Of a stretch of 64,000 nucleotides of DNA, positions 59,726-64,000 are shown in pieces. Position numbers and translations under genes: made by a program. This stretch comes from Promethearchaeota archaeon (GTDB taxonomy: Archaea; Asgardarchaeota; Lokiarchaeia; Sigyniarchaeales; SOKP01): the NCBI GenBank assembly GCA_016840165.1, contig JAEOSU010000038.1, positions 25,816 through 89,815 on the forward strand, given 5' to 3'. Under the pieces are notes generated by a model. The model was given only the letters and a program-made list of their open reading frames with translations, had not been told where the DNA came from and did no database searches. Position 1 is the first letter of the stretch. Every line of letters starts with the position of its first letter.

Positions 59726-59989
59726 AATCTGTCAATTTCTATTAAATAATTTATGGTTGGGATAATAATAAATACAGATGATTATTAGGCAAGACTAATA
59801 AAAAGATTTTTACATTTATTTAACACTTAATATAAAGTTAAATATTCCCTTAAATCTCTTTATTATATAATATTTTTTTTAAAAAACAAGGTTGTAGATA
59901 ATTTTAAATAATCTTGATTATTAAAAGTAATATAAAGAAATGTTAGACGATAGATACAGTCTTTCAATCAATTCAATAGGCGTTAAAAA

Positions 59990-60544
59990 ATGGAAGATCG
60001 CGACTCAAAAGGGAAAATCATCAAAGAGGCTTTTCCATCAGAGATCGTATCTATTATTGGAGATATTCTAGCAGGAGTCGTACTTTCAGTTTTAATTCTT
60101 CCATTTCAAAGTTTTATTCTCTTAATCTTAATCATTCCTGCACTTCTCTCACTTAGGGGAAACCTAAGTGGCCCTTACATTGCCAGAACCTCACGAGACT
60201 TTATAATTGGAGAGTTTAATAGAAGCTCATTTCTACAGAATGTGTTATCCACCTATTCACTGGCAATCATTACAGGTTTCGTAATTGGACTGCTAACTAT
60301 TTTGCTAGACACTCTTTTAATTAAAATAGGGTTAATTCCTTGGACTTCCCTCTTAATTATCCCAGTAATCTCAATCTCTTTGACTATATCAATATCAATT
60401 CCTTGCTCTACATTGTTAAATTATATTGCATTTAAAAATGGACTTGATCCTAATAATGTTGTCAGTCCTATCATGACTGCTATTGATGACTTTCTTACAG
60501 TTATTTGTTTCTTTTTAACACTATTACTAATGGGGGTACCTTAA
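59990..60544 (+). CDS. MgtE-type divalent cation transporter membrane domain (first half)
   Basis: IPALLSLRGNL, GLDPNNVVSPIMTAIDD. Confidence 0.85.
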   Translation: MEDRDSKGKIIKEAFPSEIVSIIGDILAGVVLSVLILPFQSFILLILIIPALLSLRGNLSGPYIARTSRDFIIGEFNRSSFLQNVLSTYSLAIITGFVIGLLTILLDTLLIKIGLIPWTSLLIIPVISISLTISISIPCSTLLNYIAFKNGLDPNNVVSPIMTAIDDFLTVICFFLTLLLMGVP

Positions 60545-61096
60545 ATGGATTATTTTAAAAAAATTTTCAAAGAATCACTTATTGTAGTAATAATATCTTC
60601 AATAATTGGGATTTTTTCTGGTACTTTCCTTTCGGAAAACGAGGACCTTCTGTATAGTTTTCCCATCATCTTATTATTACTTCCCTCATTGAACTCATTA
60701 ATAGGTGATATCTCTACGATTTTAACCTCACGATTAACATCTCATTTATATATAGGTACAATTCCTCCCAAGCTTAAAAAATCAAAAACATTGATTCAAG
60801 ATTTTTACGGTTTACTTATAACATTAATCCTTAGCATCTTCGCTTTAACAATAATCGGATATAGTGTAGGAGTAGTTTCAGGGATAGAGATTGTAAACCC
60901 TTTTTTAATTATTTCATTAATTTTTATTACCATTTTAATTTTATTTGGAATAATGTTTATATTTTTATTTCTATCTTCAATATTATTATTTAAACAAGGA
61001 AAAGACCCAAATAATTACCTAATTCCAATAACAACTTCACTACTTGATTTTTTGACCCCCCTATTGTTAATATTACTTATACAAATATTTATATAA
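60545..61096 (+). CDS. MgtE-type divalent cation transporter membrane domain (second half)
   Basis: LPSLNSLIGDI..SRLTSHL, GKDPNN...PITTSLLD. Confidence 0.85.
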   Translation: MDYFKKIFKESLIVVIISSIIGIFSGTFLSENEDLLYSFPIILLLLPSLNSLIGDISTILTSRLTSHLYIGTIPPKLKKSKTLIQDFYGLLITLILSIFALTIIGYSVGVVSGIEIVNPFLIISLIFITILILFGIMFIFLFLSSILLFKQGKDPNNYLIPITTSLLDFLTPLLLILLIQIFI

Positions 61097-61132
61097 AATT
61101 AAAATAAAAGAAGAGTTGTAGAGTATAATAAA

Positions 61133-62380
61133 ATGCCCGGAAAGAAAAAGAAGTTTCAGTATAAGCCTTTATCGTTGAAGGATATTCTCAAAGAAATGAA
61201 ACAAAATATCGATTTCATGATAGATTTATCTTATAGTGCTATTAAGTTTGGAAGTAAAGATATTGCAGATGAAGCTTCCAAAATTGAAAAAAGGATCCAT
61301 GAACTCACTTTCTTACTAAATCTCCAAATTATTCAAACTCAAGCGAGAGGAGTTAAAGAAGCGAAAAAGCTTGAGCCGATTGTAGTTATGGGGTATTCAA
61401 TCGATAAAATTTCCGATGCGTTAGCAGATATCGCAAAGGTAGTATATATTAATAATGATATATGTGATTTCACTCAATTATTTTGGGACCAAGTTCCCGA
61501 ACCGATTGTTAAGGTATCAGTAAAACAGAATTGTGAATTTATAGGAAAATATCGAAAACAAATTCACTTCCGCTCTTATTATGGTGTTGATTTAATCGCT
61601 ATTAAAAGAAACGATGAATGGTTATTTGGTAAAGATCAAATAGTTCAGGAAAATGACATCCTAATCATCAAAGGCGAATTAGAACCTCTTAAGCAATTAA
61701 AAACTTTGGCTTGTGATGATGATGGCTTTTCATTCCAAATTGATGAGAAAATGCGAGAGTTAGATTTTGATTTAGAGAATCCTGAAATTAAAGAATTCCT
61801 CCAAGAACTAAAGCGAGATTATATTTTAATTACTGATATTTCAGAAACTATGATAGAATTGGCTTTAGCTGCATTATTTTTTAATAGCTATGAAGTTGCA
61901 GAAGATGTTATTGAAATGGAGGAATTAATGGATGGTTTGAATATTGCATTTGAAAAAGACCTTTTAGAATTCGCTCATCTTGTCGAAAATCCTCGAGATC
62001 TTACTGGAATCATGCGAATTGTATTTTCGTGTGAACAAATAGCAGATGCCGCAGCAAATATAGCTGAAAATATCTTAAAGGGCTTTGAACCTCATTATAT
62101 CCTCCAAAAAGCAATTGAAGAAACTCAAGAAATCGTAGTTCGTGAAAAATTATCACCTGAATCATATTTTAAAGGGAAAACATATGAACAATTACAAGAT
62201 AGACGCTATAAAAGGGGTTTTCATATTATTGCTATGAAGCGAGAGGATAAGTGGATCTATAGTTTTAAGCCTGATTTTGTATTTCAAGAAGGTGATTTAG
62301 TAATTGGTTTAGGTCCTAAAGAAACGGTTGAACAATGGAGAAGATGTGTTCATCCAGAGATTTTTAAAGAAGAAGAATGA
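61133..62380 (+). CDS. Tandem PhoU-like + TrkA_C (RCK_C) domain regulator
   Basis: Duplicated M.DL.YSA / MIELALAA...EQIADAA helices; IAIKR...ENDILIIKG / IAMKR...EGDLVIG. Confidence 0.85.
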   Translation: MPGKKKKFQYKPLSLKDILKEMKQNIDFMIDLSYSAIKFGSKDIADEASKIEKRIHELTFLLNLQIIQTQARGVKEAKKLEPIVVMGYSIDKISDALADIAKVVYINNDICDFTQLFWDQVPEPIVKVSVKQNCEFIGKYRKQIHFRSYYGVDLIAIKRNDEWLFGKDQIVQENDILIIKGELEPLKQLKTLACDDDGFSFQIDEKMRELDFDLENPEIKEFLQELKRDYILITDISETMIELALAALFFNSYEVAEDVIEMEELMDGLNIAFEKDLLEFAHLVENPRDLTGIMRIVFSCEQIADAAANIAENILKGFEPHYILQKAIEETQEIVVREKLSPESYFKGKTYEQLQDRRYKRGFHIIAMKREDKWIYSFKPDFVFQEGDLVIGLGPKETVEQWRRCVHPEIFKEEE

Positions 62381-62397
62381 GTCTAAAGGGATAACTA

Positions 62398-62985
62398 ATG
62401 AATTTTGATGAAAAAAAACAACTATTTAATGCTACGATTAATGAAGTGATTGAGAATTTACATAAAAATAATGAATTAATTGATTTTGAAAAAATTGAAC
62501 AGTTCTTAGAACTATTAATCAGAAGTTATACTAACAATAGAATGGTATTCATTTATGGCGCTGGTAGATCTGGATTTATTGGAAGAACTTTTACTCAAAG
62601 ATTAATGCATTTAGGATTCAAGGCTTGTTTTGTTTCTGATACTGTTACTTATAGATATAAAGCTAACGAGATTTTAATAATTATATCGGGAAGTGGTGAA
62701 ACGACATCTCCTTTAGCTATAACTAAAAAGGCAAAAGAAATAGGTGGCAAAGTAGTTCTACTTACAGCAAATCCTTTAAGTAGCATTGCAAAACTATCTG
62801 ATTTAATTATTCAAATTGAGGGGAAAAGTAAAGATAAAGCCACAGAAAGCAAAACCCTAGCACCTTACACTTCATTATTCGATATTTCAACACTTGCGAT
62901 ATTAGATACGATAGGGGGTATTATCATGAAAATCCTTGGAGTTTCTGAAAGCGAAATTGATAAAAGGCATGCGTCAATAGAATAA
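62398..62985 (+). CDS. hxlB: 6-phospho-3-hexuloisomerase (SIS domain)
   Basis: YGAGRSG, RLMHLG, ISGSGET, C-terminal RHASIE. Confidence 0.85.
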   Translation: MNFDEKKQLFNATINEVIENLHKNNELIDFEKIEQFLELLIRSYTNNRMVFIYGAGRSGFIGRTFTQRLMHLGFKACFVSDTVTYRYKANEILIIISGSGETTSPLAITKKAKEIGGKVVLLTANPLSSIAKLSDLIIQIEGKSKDKATESKTLAPYTSLFDISTLAILDTIGGIIMKILGVSESEIDKRHASIE

Positions 62986-63001
62986 AATTAACTATTCCTT
63001 A

Positions 63002-63406
63002 GTGAGAATAATGCATCAATTTATTGAAGTGAAATTTATCTCTAAAAAAAAAGGAAGAGGTGCATTTGCAAAGAAAAATATCAAGAAGGGAACCATAATT
63101 GATGTTGCAAACGTAGTTCCTATACCTAATAAGGATTATAATAAAATTTTTAAAACAATAATTTATCATTATTGTTATGTATGGGAAGATCCGAAGCATT
63201 TACCTGAATTTGAGAATGCCATTACTTTAAGCATTAGCCAATTTTTAAATCATTCATATAAACCGAATGTAAAATATCTATATGATTATGAGGAAAAAGC
63301 AATTGAATTTTCCGCAATAAGAAATATTGTAAAAGGAGAAGAGCTAACTGTTAATTATAATGGATTAGTAACGGATACCACCCCAGTTTGGTTCGAAGTT
63401 GAATGA
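63002..63406 (+). CDS. SET domain protein-lysine methyltransferase
   Basis: KGRGAFA, FLNHSYKPN, AIRNI.KGEELTVNY. Confidence 0.9.
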   Translation: MRIMHQFIEVKFISKKKGRGAFAKKNIKKGTIIDVANVVPIPNKDYNKIFKTIIYHYCYVWEDPKHLPEFENAITLSISQFLNHSYKPNVKYLYDYEEKAIEFSAIRNIVKGEELTVNYNGLVTDTTPVWFEVE

Positions 63407-63409
63407 TAC

Positions 63410-64000
63410 TTACTTTTCTTTTAAAGAGTTCAATGTAGCAAGGTTCATAATATCCTCTTTCAAATCTTCTCCTTTAGGTGTTTCTAATATCCCAGGAATT
63501 TCAGTAAACCGCTTATCATTTACGAAGAATCCAAAAGCTTCCTTACCTATTTTTCCTTGACCAATATGAGTATGACGATCAATTCTAGAGCCCAATTCCT
63601 TTTCTGAATCATTAAGATGAAAAGCGAAAAGATATTTCAAGCCTATAACTTCATCAAATTTATTCCACATCTCATCATATTTTCGTTTTGTTGAGAAATC
63701 ATACCCAGAAGCGAAAGAATGGCAAGTATCAAAACATACTCCAATTCGATCCGTATCTTCAATTTTTTGGATAATAAATGATATGTGTCGAAATTTTCTG
63801 CCTAAATTATGCCCTTGTCCTGCGACTGTTTCAAGTAAAACTTTCACTTTCGAGCTTTTCGTTTCTTTAAATAAGCTATTTAATTGCTCAGCTATTCGAT
63901 TTAATCCTGTCTCTTTATTCTCATTTTTATCCTTATAATTATAGGTACCGGGATGAATTACAATATAATCTAATTTTAATTGTTCTGCCTTTACCATTTC
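63410..64000 (-). CDS. nfo: Endonuclease IV (AP endonuclease), 5' partial
   Basis: IHPG, LETVAGQG, CFDTCH, HLNDS, DRH.HIG.G.IG, ILETP. Confidence 0.95.
   Translation of the reverse strand, partial: EMVKAEQLKLDYIVIHPGTYNYKDKNENKETGLNRIAEQLNSLFKETKSSKVKVLLETVAGQGHNLGRKFRHISFIIQKIEDTDRIGVCFDTCHSFASGYDFSTKRKYDEMWNKFDEVIGLKYLFAFHLNDSEKELGSRIDRHTHIGQGKIGKEAFGFFVNDKRFTEIPGILETPKGEDLKEDIMNLATLNSLKEK

Noticed and set aside
59990-62380. Split MgtE plus PhoU-TrkA_C as a novel system
   Set aside because: This combination is a familiar archaeal gene arrangement.
1241-63199. Many 60-90 aa ORFs antisense to or nested in long genes (e.g. 1477, 2173, 16336, 34008, 42391, 53141, 62999)
   Set aside because: Shadow ORFs of well-supported genes.
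1-64000. tRNA/rRNA, CRISPR arrays, IS elements, in-frame UGA selenoprotein read-through
   Set aside because: By eye I saw no cloverleaf, repeat-spacer array, transposase motif or domain split at a TGA; not confirmed with tRNAscan, Infernal or SECIS searches.

Overview
AT-rich (about 30% GC by eye), densely coding archaeal chromosome segment, most consistent with an Asgard archaeon (Lokiarchaeia/Promethearchaeota). The basis is an actin-family gene, three multidomain small GTPases, a RING-type zinc finger, longin-like folds, a PCI-like/TIR protein, Loki-CTERM-like (IPGY/IPGF-TM-basic) surface proteins, an archaeal type IA topoisomerase and GGAGG/GAGGTG SD motifs. Housekeeping genes include gpmA, trmJ, purD, topA, hxlB, nfo, an M32 carboxypeptidase and MFS/ABC/MgtE transporters. 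I saw no rRNA, tRNA, CRISPR array or transposase. Most notable: (1) a SIR2-TPR protein whose unrecognised ~110-aa C-terminal domain recurs as two adjacent stand-alone paralogues (36-39 kb); (2) a divergent actin-related gene clustered with a coiled-coil/proline-rich protein ending in a WH2/VASP-like helix and a Rag/Arf-like GTPase with a similar C-terminal helix (47-52.4 kb); (3) a DNA-binding-protein cluster (RHH, TFIIB/cyclin fold, two wHTH, two small paralogous IYDGTE peptides) with a 27-bp palindrome and a shared 12-bp promoter motif (11.8-16 kb); (4) a head-to-head junction of two 5'-truncated genes near 6.0 kb; (5) a corrinoid-methyltransferase fusion lacking the Co-ligating His; (6) probable ATT start codons. 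All domain calls come from reading motifs by eye, with no database searches.
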